Assembly: GCF_030028105.1 (NCBI RefSeq)
Contig: NC_092388.1
Location: forward strand, 46,878,581 to 46,942,580
Source of the DNA: Mobula birostris
Lineage: Eukaryota
DNA: 64,000 nucleotides
Direction: 5' to 3'
The position numbers and the translations under genes are program-made. Positions 25,840 through 37,529 of this stretch are shown piece by piece (positions within the stretch are counted from its first letter, which is position 1; each line of letters begins with the position of its first letter). The notes beneath the pieces were generated by a model. It saw only the letters and a program-made list of their open reading frames with translations, had not been told where the DNA came from and searched no databases.

Positions 25840-27299
25840 TGTTAGACCTAGAAGGCAAAAAGAACTGAAAATGAAATTCAAATAGCCCATCAAAACAGTA
25901 AAGAAAAAGCATCCTAACAGCCTTTGATCTACATGTTTGTTTGTTTGTTTGTCATAAAGCATGCATTTGGATTTCAGACCTCATTAGGACCTTGTAAGAT
26001 TTGTAATGAGATACTAAATTTTTAGCTTCCAGACTAACCCATCCTCTTACCCCTTACCACTGTAGCTTATTTTCTAAACTTCAAAAAGTTACACTAATTG
26101 GAACTTCAATACTGAAAACTTGAGTTAAATGACTGTTACAGTCTGAACTAAGACTATTTTAAAAAATGATAGGGCTGTTTTAAGGTATAAAAATGTGTAT
26201 ACCATGAAACAGAATTCCATACTGTTCATACATTTTGTATTCAATCTATTTCCAAACACCTCCATTCAAAAGGGACTCAAGAAATTTACAACTGCTTCCT
26301 CAAATCCGGGTTATAATAAGTAAATGGAACACTTTCAGAACATTGCAATGGTTTTCTTTCTGGTAAAGAATGTGCTTTGCCCACATATTGTTCAAAATTA
26401 AGGCAGAATACAGTAATCGCTTTCCAATCAGATTTACACCTGTAAGACCCTTCAAGAATGTGGTGCAGTGGATTCTAACACCATTTTACTACTGCTCAGA
26501 CCACCATTTCAACTACAACAGGTGAAATGTTGCCTTGGACAATCACAAACCAGATAGGTACCAGTGATTAAAATTGTATGAACAGATCCATTAAAATTGA
26601 ACTAATTACTGTTTTTCAAGAAATGACTCAAGCTGGAATGTCACACTCATCACAGAAGTTAAGTGATAAAGACATGACAGCATACTGAACAGATTGAACA
26701 GCTTTGTACGTCAATACGTTACCAGCTGCACTTGTACAAATTGACTGAAAACGTCCCGCCAATTTGATTTTTTTAAAAAAAATGCAGAGCAATTCAAGGA
26801 TCTAATGTTTCGTACTGATGTCCCAGGATATGAACAATATAGCTTCAGATGGAAACTTCGTTTGGAGGGAAAGTGCTTCATTAGGAAAGAACAAAGGAAC
26901 AGCAGCAGCAAGCATCCTACACTGCAACCTATTCTAAGCAGGGACAAAACAAAAATTATTCATGGTAATTTCAAATACCACCAAATTGACAACTTTAGTG
27001 CATTAGGAGATGCAATGAAATCGTCAAATAGATACAATTCACGAGAGCCCAACAATTCTAGAAGCATCGAGGTTAAATGGCTCAGATTACAATTTCGAAT
27101 TATTACGATTCCCTTTCGAGCATCCCTCAACACAACTACCTCCATTCAAAACCCATCCAATTGGGATATCTAACTGTATGCCGACGGTGATGTAGACAGG
27201 ATTAACTACGACCAAACAATGCAGCAGCATTAAATCGTGTTAGTCGAACCCACAGGCAATTACAGACTGATTACAACTACAGGCACAAACGTACAAACC

Positions 27300-28020
27300 G
27301 GAGATGTTTGGTTGGGGGGGGGGGGGTCGGCCAGCTGCCCAGGACAGGTGGATGCCCACTAGGTCGGGCGTGTTAGGATGCAAAGAGAGTCCTTACAATC
27401 TAATACGACGCAGAGTTTACATAACAAGAGGCTAGCCCTAACCCACCCGGTCGGGATCGGACAGACCCGGCGCGGGGCCCGGGACCCGCAACCCTGGCCG
27501 GGGGAAAAGGTCCACCCTTAATCCCAAGAGAAGCTACTGACCGCCCTCAGTCCCCTACCACCGGTGAAGGGGCTCCACAGCAGCCACTCACCAGCCCACG
27601 GCCGTGTGTCAGACCGCACCGGCACCTTCACGCTACCGAGCAATTCCCCTTGCCGCCTTCGGCTCGAGCTTAAAATATCTCCTGGTCACGTGACAGCCGC
27701 GCGCGCAGGGAGGCGGGGCCCGGCGACGAGCATTGTGGGCGAAAGGTAAAATCAACGTTTCCTAATTCCGCCCTTGCTATCAGCAGCATATCCCTCACAA
27801 AATGCAAGAGCGTCTGCGCTATAAATGTTCGTCCGAGAAGAAGAAAAACGAACGGCAAGAAAAGCCGCGGGTTACGCGAGAGTGACGCAAGTGCTCGCGC
27901 GTACAATTTAAACCGAGTGAGGGCAGCGGAAATGTTTGCGCATGCGCGTGCGTTACTGCCTTGGGGATAAACAGCGTTGGAGTTCGGTACAAGGATAACT
28001 TCGGCGTTTCTTTTGCTGCT
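27300..28020. promoter_or_regulatory. CpG island / GMNN promoter with non-coding exon 1 (donor at 27591/27592)
   Basis: CpG-rich. Minus-strand donor |gtgagt at 27586-27591, palindromic E-box GTCACGTGAC at 27685-27694, GC box at about 27712, E2F-like TTTCGCCC at 27737-27744 (minus), ETS-like CGGAAAT at about 27927, NRF1 GCGCATGCGC at 27938-27947. Confidence 0.75.
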
Positions 28021-28039
28021 TTCTATCTCTGCTCACTTA

Positions 28040-28483
28040 GCTTAAATGCACACAACGGTGTCATCATCCTCATCAGGTGCCGTGCCCAGTTTGAGCTTTG
28101 ACTGTCATGGTCCACATACTCCTGTTTCGGGTCAAGTGGATCAATTCATTGGCATTCATTTACAGTTCTCTGGCTGCTGTCTCCATCATCATTTGTCTTT
28201 GTCCTCCTCTTGCTTTCTTCCCTTCAATCTTTCCCATTATTACCGTGCATTCTAACTCCTCTTTCCTAGTCACATGTCCAATGAAGTTACGTTGCCTTCT
28301 GATGATCTCATACATTATTTCTCTTTTTGTGTTTGCTCTGTTCATGACATCCTCAGTAGATATTCGTTTTGTCCATGATATTCTTTGCATCCTCCTCAAA
28401 AACCACATCTCTGCTACTTCAATTCGTTTCCTCATGTTACTAAATATCGCCCAACATTCTGAGCCATATAACATAACTGGATA
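28040..28483 (-). mobile_element. RTE-clade LINE, 3' part
   Basis: ORF 28160-28519 has YPVMLYGSECW..., AEMWFLRRMQRISW and GKIEGKKARG. A tga-repeat tail lies near 28041. Confidence 0.88.
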
Positions 28484-28614
28484 TGTAATATTGATGTGAC
28501 TCGGTGTACAACCAACCAACTTTTATTCACCAGACTTCCATTTTTTAAACCCTTTTTCCACGTCCTGACGTCATACGCACTTTGATGCTACGAATACTCA
28601 CACAATATATTACA
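28484..28614 (-). repeat. 3' LTR (131 bp)
   Basis: Direct repeat of 33669-33810. Confidence 0.92.
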
Positions 28615-31600
28615 TCCCCCTTCTCAAGATTTTTTTTACAACACTGTGAATTACCAAAACAATGCCTCTAGGTATGCCCTTCTTAGACTGCAACAACCAT
28701 GACATAAACTAAAAAAAACTTACCTTCTTGTACTGTATTCTGCATTGTATTTTACAATACTAACAGCAGTGTATTTTCTTTTACTAACATGGACTAATAA
28801 ACCTTTTAATTCACACCTTGGAACTTATGACATATGTGACTTTGCCTCAAACTGTATGTCTAGTCTCTGTATCGAGCTGTAAGTTTGACTTGTGTCCCAG
28901 ACTGTGTGTGATATAACTGTGACTGTGCTTGTCCTTCATCCGTGTCAGTCTCTCGAGTGATCTCTGTGTCTTTGCGGTCTGCATCATTCTTGGTGTCGTT
29001 TGTTTCCATGTCTGTATCTGTGGAAATGTACTGTGCATCTGTACGTGGAAACTCACTCTCGCCTGTCTTCAGCAGATGCTTCCTGTTCCTCCCGTAGACT
29101 CTTCCATCTGGTGTGCGAACTATGAAGGATCTTGGTTGCTGATATCTGTTCACAACCACAGCTGGTTGCCAAGTGTCTCCTCTCTGTATTCTGACATTTT
29201 CACCTGTATGTAGATCTGGCAACTGGCTGTATAGTAGCTCTTTTGCATTATTTTTGCTTGTACTTTTGCTTGTCATGTACTTGAGCATTACCTTCAGGAG
29301 TCAGTAGAGTTGTGGATGTTGGCAGTTTGGACTTCAGACGACGTCCCATCAACAGCTGCGCAGAAGAGAACCCCACACCCTCAATCGGTGTGTTGCAGTA
29401 TTCAAGCAGAGCAATGTAAGGGTCACCGTTGCTGCTATGTGCCTTCTTGAGCATGTTCTTGACAGTTTGTACAGTTCTCTCTGCTTGTCCATTAGACTGA
29501 GCGTGCCCTGGACTAGAAGTAACATGTTGAAATTCCCAGCTTTCTGAGAACCCTCTGAACTCACCACTGGCATATTGTGGACTATTGTCACTAACGACAA
29601 TATCTGGAATACCATGTCTTGCGAATGTCAACTTCATTGCGGTAATGACACCTCGACTGGACGTGTCACTTAACTTGGTGATCTCCGGATATTTTGAATA
29701 GTAGTCCACACAAAGCAGATATTCTGTACCATTGTAGTGAAAGAGATCTGTGCCAATCTTCTCCCATGGTCTTCCTGGTAGTGGGTGGGGAAGCAGAAGC
29801 TCTCTTGGATTGCTGTTTTTGTTTTCATTACAGACAGCACACTAAGACACAATGTCCTCTATCTGAGTTGACATGCCTGGCCAATAGAGAATGTTCCTTG
29901 CTCTTTCTTTACATTTCACTATCCCCAGGTGTGACTCATGAACTCTGTTGAGCATTTCCTGTCTCATTTGGTTTGGTACGATGAGTTTTGCCGTTTTGAA
30001 CATTAGTCCTGATGCATAGCTGATTTCCTCTTTAAATGTCCAGTATTTCTGCATTTCCTTTGGAACATCTTTTCTTTCTGTTGGCCATCCATTCATTGTA
30101 ATGTCTCTTAGCATTTGCATTTCAGGATCGTCTGCAGTCGCTTTCCTGAACATGTTCAACTTCTCCTCAGAGATGGGTAGCTGAGGTGTAACCCAGTTGA
30201 CCTCCAGCTCTCTTCCTAGCAACTCTTCCTTTTGCTCTTTGAGGTAAGCACGGCTCAAAGCATCAGCGATGTACATTTCTTCTCCTGGCTTATAGGTGAC
30301 TGTGAGAGCATACCTCTGTAGCCTGAGAAGCATCCTTTGCAGCCTCATAGGAGCTTGGTGGAGTGGCTTTTTGAAGATGCTCTCAAGTGGTTTGTGATCA
30401 CTCTCAACCTGGATTTCTTTGCCATATACATATTGGTGGAACTTCTCACACCCATAAACTATGGCGAGTAATTCCTTCTTGATTTAAGCATATCAGCGTT
30501 GCCAGTCCGTAAGTGCTCGTGATCCATACGCCACAGGCCTCCCATCCTGCAGTATAACAGCTCCTATTCCCTCCGAACTGGCATCCACAGACATCGTCAC
30601 TGGTTTATTGACATCATAGAACTTGAATACTGGTGCATTGGTAACCAACTGCTTCAATGTGTCAAAACTTTTCTTTTGTTTGTCTTCCCAATGCCATTCA
30701 GTGTTGCTCTCTAGTAGCTTTCGGAGTGGAGTGTTGACCTCTGATAAGTTGGGAATGAATTTGTCAAGATGCTGTATCATGCCCATGAACCTTAGTTCAT
30801 AGTTCTTGCTTGTCTTTGGGTGGTGGTAGCCGTACCACAGCTCTGACCTTTTCATCATCTGGTTTTAGCCCATCAGCGCTGAGCACATGACCTATATATT
30901 TGATCTCTGTAGTTCTGATCTTACATTTACTTTTGTTCAGTTTTAGGTTGTACTCACACGCTCTCTCCAGGAGCTTCCTCACTCTCTGATCATGTTCCTC
31001 AATTGTGTCACCCCATATCGGCAAATCACCAATGATGTTGACCACCCCGTCGAGGTCTTCAATCATTTGTGCCACGGATCTCTGGAATACCTCTGATGCA
31101 GAAGAAATCCCAAAGGGTAGACGCAGGAAACGATATCTCCCTATGGGCATGTTGAAAGTGCATAATTTGGAACTTTCTTCATCCAGCTTGATCTGCCAGA
31201 AGCCTTGATTTGCGTCTAGTACTGAAAAATATTTTGCATTAGGCATGCGGGAGACAACCACTTCAACCGCGAGCAGTGGGTAGTGCTCTCTTTTGATGGC
31301 TTGGTTGAGATCTTGTGGATCCATGCAAATCCCCGTCTTTTTTTCTGTGACCACTGTCACCATACTATTCACCCAGTCGGTCGGTTCTATTTGTCTTGTT
31401 ATGACTCCCATCTGTTCCATTCTGTGTAGCTCCTCCACTACTCGATCCCTGAGAGCTACTGGAATCTTTCTCAGGGCATGCATGACTGGTGCAATAGTTG
31501 GATCAATCTTGATATGGTGTTTCCCTGGTAAACATCCTAATCCAGAAAACAAGTCATCAAAGTCTTTGAGAATGTCATTTTCTTTTTCAACACCATAGAT

Positions 31601-31896
31601 TCGCTTCACCAGGCCTAGCTTTGTGCATGTTGCTTTGCCCAGTATTGCTGAAACATGTTGCTGCACTATTTCAAACTCGATCTTGTATTTTTGACCTTTG
31701 TAAAAATCAGGTGAGTGCTTTTTTGCCTAGTGGCGCCGTCTTGTGGCCAAAATATGCAACAAGCTTACAGGTGGATTTTTCCAGTCTTCCTCTGATGTCC
31801 AGTGAGTTGAATGTTTCTGCCGACATTATATTGCACTTTGCCCCAGTGTCAAGCCTAAATGTCACTTTCCTCCTGTTTATTTTCAGGTCTTGGGTC

Positions 31897-32745
31897 TGTG
31901 ATGAGAATACACATAGATAAGATGTTAGCTGTCCTGTGTGATCAGCAGTTGGTCTGCCACCTGTCTTCAAGAGAGAGATAAGGAACACAATGAAACAGCA
32001 TCTGGAGATGTGTAATGAAGGGACGGGAGAGAGAGAACTGTCTGGAGCGGCTCCCCCTTTGAACCCTGAACTGTTTGAAGTGATGGACAGGCGATACCCC
32101 AGCAGGGGAATAAAAAGGGACAGGTTCGCTAAGGCAGGACACACACGACACCCGAGGTAACGAGACCCTGGAAGCGGTGCGCCTCTCACGAGTCGGTGGG
32201 AAGTACCGGACAACGCACAGGGTGGAAAGGTACGATCAGCGGGAACCCGGTGTGTGTCCGCCCTTGCTTGGGTGCCGAGTTCACTGCAGAGGATCGACTG
32301 CATCTGGAGGAGGGGGTCACAGTCGATGACCTCAGGTGACATCACAAAGGACCCGCCCGAAAGCTGCTTGTGAGCCATATCGCCGGTCTGTGAGTGGAAG
32401 CCGTGTCTGAATGATCAGTCGTTCCCTTTCTCTCTCTCTCTCTCCCCCCACGTTGTCCATCGTCATGGCAACGATTACTGCGAACTGAACTACTAAATTG
32501 GACTGAACTTTGTGTCACTTTGAAATTGGTCATTTATCCCTAGACAACGATAGAGCTTGATTGATGCTGTTATCTTAATTCTGTGCACATGTGTGTTTAT
32601 CATTGCTGAACTGTTGCATTTATTATCCTTTCGATTACTGTGTTGCTTGTTTCTTTAATAAAACTTTCTTAGTTCTAGTAATCCGGACTCCAACTGAGTG
32701 ATCCATTTCTGCTGGTTTGGCAACCCAGTTACGGGGTACGTAACA
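31897..32745 (+). mobile_element. Solo LTR (849 bp) inserted in the Gypsy protease region
   Basis: TGTGA...TAACA termini with a perfect 4-bp TSD ggtc (31893-31896 and 32746-32749) and AATAAA at about 32657. Removing it rejoins DEDDWT|QDLKINRRKVTFRLDTGA. Confidence 0.9.
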
Positions 32746-33668
32746 GGTCCAATCATCTTCATCCTCCATCTCTGCATTGTCAATATTCTTGATGCATACC
32801 TCCTGTTCCACTTCAACTGTGCCAATGAACATGTCACTGTTGCCCTCACTCTGTTCCACAGTGTGCATTTTCCTTGCGTGCTCTTTCGATTTGCACATCT
32901 TTGCAAAGTGATTTCTTTTCTGGCATAACTTGCATGTCTGACCAAAGGCTGGACATTTTCTGTATCCATGTTTATAACCACACCTGTTGCAATTAACTTC
33001 CTTTTGATCATCCTGTGGAGCTGGCTTTGTCCTACTCTTGTTAGTTTTCACAGTTTTTATTTTGTGCACTTCAATCTCTTCATTGAGCACTTTGACCTGA
33101 CTTGACGTGATCTCGCTTGCACGGAAAACATCAATCGCCTTTTCTAATGTAAGATCTGCCTCTCTCAATAGCCTGCCTCTCACTTGATCACCTCGTATGC
33201 CGCATACAATGCTGTCACGTATTAAAGAGTCATGCAGTTGTCCGAACTCAAGAGTCTTTTGCCTTGCTCTTCAAATCTGTTACGTAGGCGTCTATGGTCT
33301 CCGTTGGTCCTTGAGCCTTCGTGAAAAACCGGTGTCGAATGAACGGTAAGTTTTTTCTCAGTTCGCAGTAATCTTGAAACTTTTTTTTCAGCACTTCAAT
33401 TTTTTCTTGCTCATCATCTTGGAAGACAAACGTGTTGCAAACCTTTATTGCTTCCTCTCCTGCTATGTGCAGAAACATAGCACATTGCACTTTCTCCGTC
33501 TTCCCAGCTAGGCCGCTAGAGGTGCAAAACAGCTCAAACCTCTGGATCCATATTTTCCAGTTCTCAGCAAGATTACCTTGTAAGCTTAGACTTGACGGTG
33601 ACTGTAACTGTGACATCTTTTACGTGTCTTCCCTTCCTTTTTATTTTTCGCGTTTTCTTCTGACACCA

Positions 33669-33810
33669 TGTAATATTGATGTGACTTGGACACCACTGTA
33701 GATTGAACAACCAACCTTTATTCACCAGACTTCCATTTTTTTAAACCCTTTTTCCACATCCTGACGTCATACGCACTCTGATGCTACGAATACTCACACA
33801 ATACATTACA
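33669..33810 (-). repeat. 5' LTR (142 bp)
   Basis: Direct repeat of 28484-28614, adjacent to the PBS. Confidence 0.92.
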
Positions 33811-34760
33811 GATGAATGTAACATTTCAGTACTCTGAGGAGGGTTGTCATGCCTAGTTTAGTATTGGTCGGTATACTCTTCATTCTCGTAAGGGTGTCTT
33901 TTCCCATCCCTATTCTTCTTTTGATATCCATGTCGCACCTGCCATCTGGTGTCACCCAGCTTCCTAAGTAGCAAAAGTTCTGTACTTGTTTTATGTCTTC
34001 CCCATTTATTCTCAGCCTGCAGATAGAATTCTCCTCCTTTTTGATATCACCATACATCCTGTCTTTTTGCAATTGATAGATAGACCCATTTTTGCACTTT
34101 CTTCAACAACTATATCAATTAAGTTTTGTAGTTCTTCCTCCATACTTGCAATTAATACAGTGTCATCTGCATATCTGAAATTATTGATGTTTACACAGCC
34201 AACTTCAATTCCCAAGATGTCTTTTATGTTTTGTAATATTGTTTCACTGTACACATTAAATAAATCAGGGGAGAAAACACACACTTGTCTAACGCCTCTC
34301 TTGATTTTCGTAAACTGACTCCTCCATCTATTCTTACAGCGGCAGTTTGTTCCCAGTACAGATTTCTGATTAGGCGGAGGCCTTTCGAATCTAGATCTAG
34401 AGTTTTCTGTAATATTTCAAATAACTTATTGTGCTTCACTTTATCAAATGCTTTTGTGTAGTCGATGAAACTAACAAACAAATCTTTTTGCACTTGAATA
34501 GCTCATTCTGTTAGTATCCTTAACATCAATATTCCGTTTCTTGTCCCTTTGTCTTTCACAAAACCGCATTGTTCTTTACCTATTTCAGCTTGTATCTTAC
34601 TTTTAGCTCTTGTCATCAAAATTCTTATTAGTATCTTGGTGATATGACTCATTAAACTTATGGTCCTATGTAATTCGCATTCTATTGCTCCAGGTTTCTT
34701 AGGAAGAGTGATAAATACTGACTTTTTTCATCTCTTCTGGTATTATTCCAGAATGGTGTA
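33811..34760 (-). mobile_element. RTE-clade LINE, RT part (continuation of 28040-28483)
   Basis: Motifs [28 protein letters not shown] and FCYLGS. The frame LKCYI|YPVMLYG rejoins across the Gypsy insertion. Confidence 0.9.
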
Positions 34761-34790
34761 CGCAAGAAATAAATTGACTTCTATGGCAAC

Positions 34791-35220
34791 GCACACAAGA
34801 TACTGGAGGAGCTCAGCAGGTCAGACAGCAGCTATGGAAATAAATAAACAGTCGACGTTTCGGGCCGAGACCACCTTCGGGAGTTACATGCCAGCTACAT
34901 TACTGGAGTTGGCCTTAGAGTCATCTGCTACCTTTGCAGCTGAGTCTTGCCCAGTTCTGGAAAGAGTGAGGAATGTGACCCACAGCATCTGTCAATTACA
35001 GATATAAATGTCAGTGATTGAGTTAGTGGCAAGTTTATTCGGTGTATAGATTGGAAGGATTGGGGTTAGAATGAAGACAATCTATTTTTTTCTCTATTCT
35101 AAGAACTAGTTTTCTCATTCGTATACGTCTGGAAGGTCTTGGCCCGAAATGTCGACTGCTTGTCGATTTTCTTAAATGCTGTCTGAATTCCTCCAGCATT
35201 TTGTGTGTTTTATTCTTGGC
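34791..35220. mobile_element. Pair of inverted PLE terminal fragments around a ~240-bp spacer
   Basis: gtcgacgtttcgggccgagacc at about 34850 and ggcccgaaatgtcgact...ccagcattttgtgtgt at about 35140-35210. Confidence 0.6.
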
Positions 35221-35784
35221 ATATCCACCTCGGAGAAGCTTTTCCCCCAATTACAATAATAAACTATTGGAGAAGGACTCTTGATATCTTGTTTTTTGTG
35301 CTTAATTTTGTTTTTCTTGCGAATGTTAGATAATGGATGTTGCAAGTATGTTATTGTGCCTGTGTATACGTATACTTTTGCATATTATAATAAACGTTGC
35401 TTTGACTTTGCTGATCAGCAAAAACATGATAAGTCGTTTTAACTTTTTTTTGGTAAATATCACTGTAAGTACTTGGACTTGTGCTTTGGCCATATTGGAG
35501 CCTACTTAATGTTCAAGACATGTGCTATCTCTGCTGTTACTTATTGGAGAATTGGGTGTTTTCTTATAACTTCATATGTGCATATAATGGTGATATTCCT
35601 GATTTGGATCTTCAGGAGGAAGCAAAGTTTTCTTGTGTGTCACATTGTTGCTAGTACTCATTTGTGAACCTTGAAACTGAACAAGTTGGGAGTGAGAAAG
35701 TGGACTGAGATATTTCAAACCTTCAAGAAAGATGCTATTCAGTGATGGGACTATACTTGCTGTTATGTGTGAAAGGGTCAAAAC

Positions 35785-35842
35785 AAACTTTGCCTTTGGA
35801 AAAACTTTGCCTTTGGAAAAACTTTGCCTTTGGAAAAACTTT
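35785..35842. repeat. 17-bp minisatellite, about 3.3 copies
   Basis: (aaaaactttgcctttgg)n. Confidence 0.85.
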
Positions 35843-36727
35843 CTACTCTGAACATTTTTTTTTCTAGGATGCTTTTTATGAAGCTGATGGATTGCTAATT
35901 GATTTGCAAAAAAGCAACTTGTTGTCATTGGCTACCGAGTAGCATTACAATAACAAAGTAAACTCCTACATTCCTGCTTTAGTGGATAAACTCCAGGACT
36001 TCGCTCTCTCCTCCCATCTGGCACAGTGGGAACAGCACAGCGATTATTTCAAACGAACAGGTTGCCAGTTGGCTTTTACTGCACAAGCAGAAAGACACTT
36101 CCTTTACCAGTGAGGGGCTATGCTGCCTCTGTAAGATGAGCAAGACTTGGCACAGTGCTGGCTATGGGCTCCGTCTGTTGAGGAAACCCTGTGTAAGACT
36201 AAGAATCCATCTAGAGAACAATCAGGGACGATGTCTTGACAATTTTCTGAGCACCAGTCTACAAATTTTACCCTGTCAGCATTAACCACATTGTAGTCAC
36301 AATCTGTATGATTCGCTTAAGTACCTGGGTTCAGTGAAAACAGAACAGTTTTCCAACCCAGATCAGCACTAAGGGTGTTATTTGCACCACCTTAATGACT
36401 TTGCAGTACTTGAAGGATGATTGACAAGCCGCATGCCAACTGGAGCATGTGTGCCAGAGATGTGCAGTATGAAATACTGGGTTAAGGTCTTTATCTCGTA
36501 TTGGTTAGCTTTGCTAGAGGAAATGCGAGCTTTTGTATACAGATAACATTCATAGCATGTCGATGGGTGTTGCTTATCTGCTGAAAGCCCCTCAACACTG
36601 AGTTTAAAGATGTAAATAATGGGCTTGAGGTTATGGGAGCTCTGGGACTGCATACTGTGTCAGTCAATAGCTTCTCGATTTTTTGTTAGTGTGCTTGGAG
36701 GACCATTATGATTATGAGGACATGCAG

Positions 36728-37360
36728 TCCCCTTTTATTGTCATTTAGTAATGCATGCATTAAGAAATGATAAAAATGTTTTTCCAGAATGATATCACGA
36801 AAACACATGACAAACCAACTTAAAAACTGACAAAAACCACATAATTATAACATATAGTTACAACAGTGCAAAGCAATACCGTAATTTGATGAGAACAGAC
36901 CATGGCACGGTAAAAACCTTAGAGTCTGTCGAAAGTCCCATCATCTCACGCAGACGGTAAACCTCCAGCGCCACCAACTTGCCGATGCAGCATCCCGGGA
37001 GCATCTGACCACAGTCCGACTCCGGGTCTGTCCGAAAAACTCCGAGCCTCTGACCACCTATTCAACACCGAGCACCGAGCACCATCTCTGCCGAGCGCTT
37101 CGACTTCGACCCCGGCCCCGGTAACAGGCAATAGGCAAAGCCAAGGATTTGGGGCCTTCGTCTCCGGAGATTCTCGATCGCACAGTAGCAGTGGCAGCGG
37201 CAGCGGAGCAGGCATTTCAGAAGTTAATCCAGATGTTCCTCTATGCTTTCTCATGGCTGTCCCCATCAAATCCGGATTGTGCACGGCACCCCTAGTTACA
37301 CATATCGATATTCATTCGGAACGGCCGCGCGCACTGCGTCATGCCGCCATCTTCTCCTCC
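36728..37360 (-). mobile_element. Short non-autonomous non-LTR element
   Basis: The minus strand starts GGGAGGAGAAGATGGCGGC (YY1-type LINE 5' end), has a CpG-rich body, and ends AATAAAAGGGGACT plus a cataat repeat. Confidence 0.6.
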
Positions 37361-37529
37361 CTCCCTTAGCTGCTTCTGGGTGGACACTGACGCGAGGCTT
37401 GAGAGGAACATAGATTTACAGCCCCCCAGCAATGGAGTAGCTGCGTTGATTGTGTCAAGTAAAATGGATAAGATTTGGAAAACCAGTGAATAAGCTGAAT
37501 GGGTGGACTTGGCATCCACTGGCATATCC

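Larger units (their letters stand above)
28484..33810 (-). mobile_element. Gypsy/Ty3 (Mag-like) LTR retrotransposon, full length but degenerate
   Basis: LTRs at 28484-28614 and 33669-33810 (TG..CA). PBS tggtgtcagaa at 33658-33668, PPT at about 28615-28624, TSD gata/gatg. gag has tandem CCHC knuckles (32635-33616). pol has protease DTGA, RT (LDANQGFWQI, RLPFGI), RNase H (VDASSEGIGAV) and integrase (HESHLG, SDNSPQY, SNGQAER), broken by stops and frameshifts. Confidence 0.95.

Noticed and set aside
26805-27173. 122-aa plus-strand ORF in GMNN intron 1
   Set aside because: No recognisable domain, splice structure or coding-like composition.
27960-28010. Resemblance of ggggataa...gataacttcgg to 28S rRNA
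   Set aside because: Only short scattered words match and there is no colinear rRNA sequence.
31707-32378. 223-aa ORF as an extra gene or env in the Gypsy element
   Set aside because: It is a chance read-through from the antisense strand of the inserted solo LTR into the protease domain.
35785-35842. Short repeat array as a CRISPR-like locus
   Set aside because: The units are directly tandem with no spacers, the context is eukaryotic and there are no cas genes.
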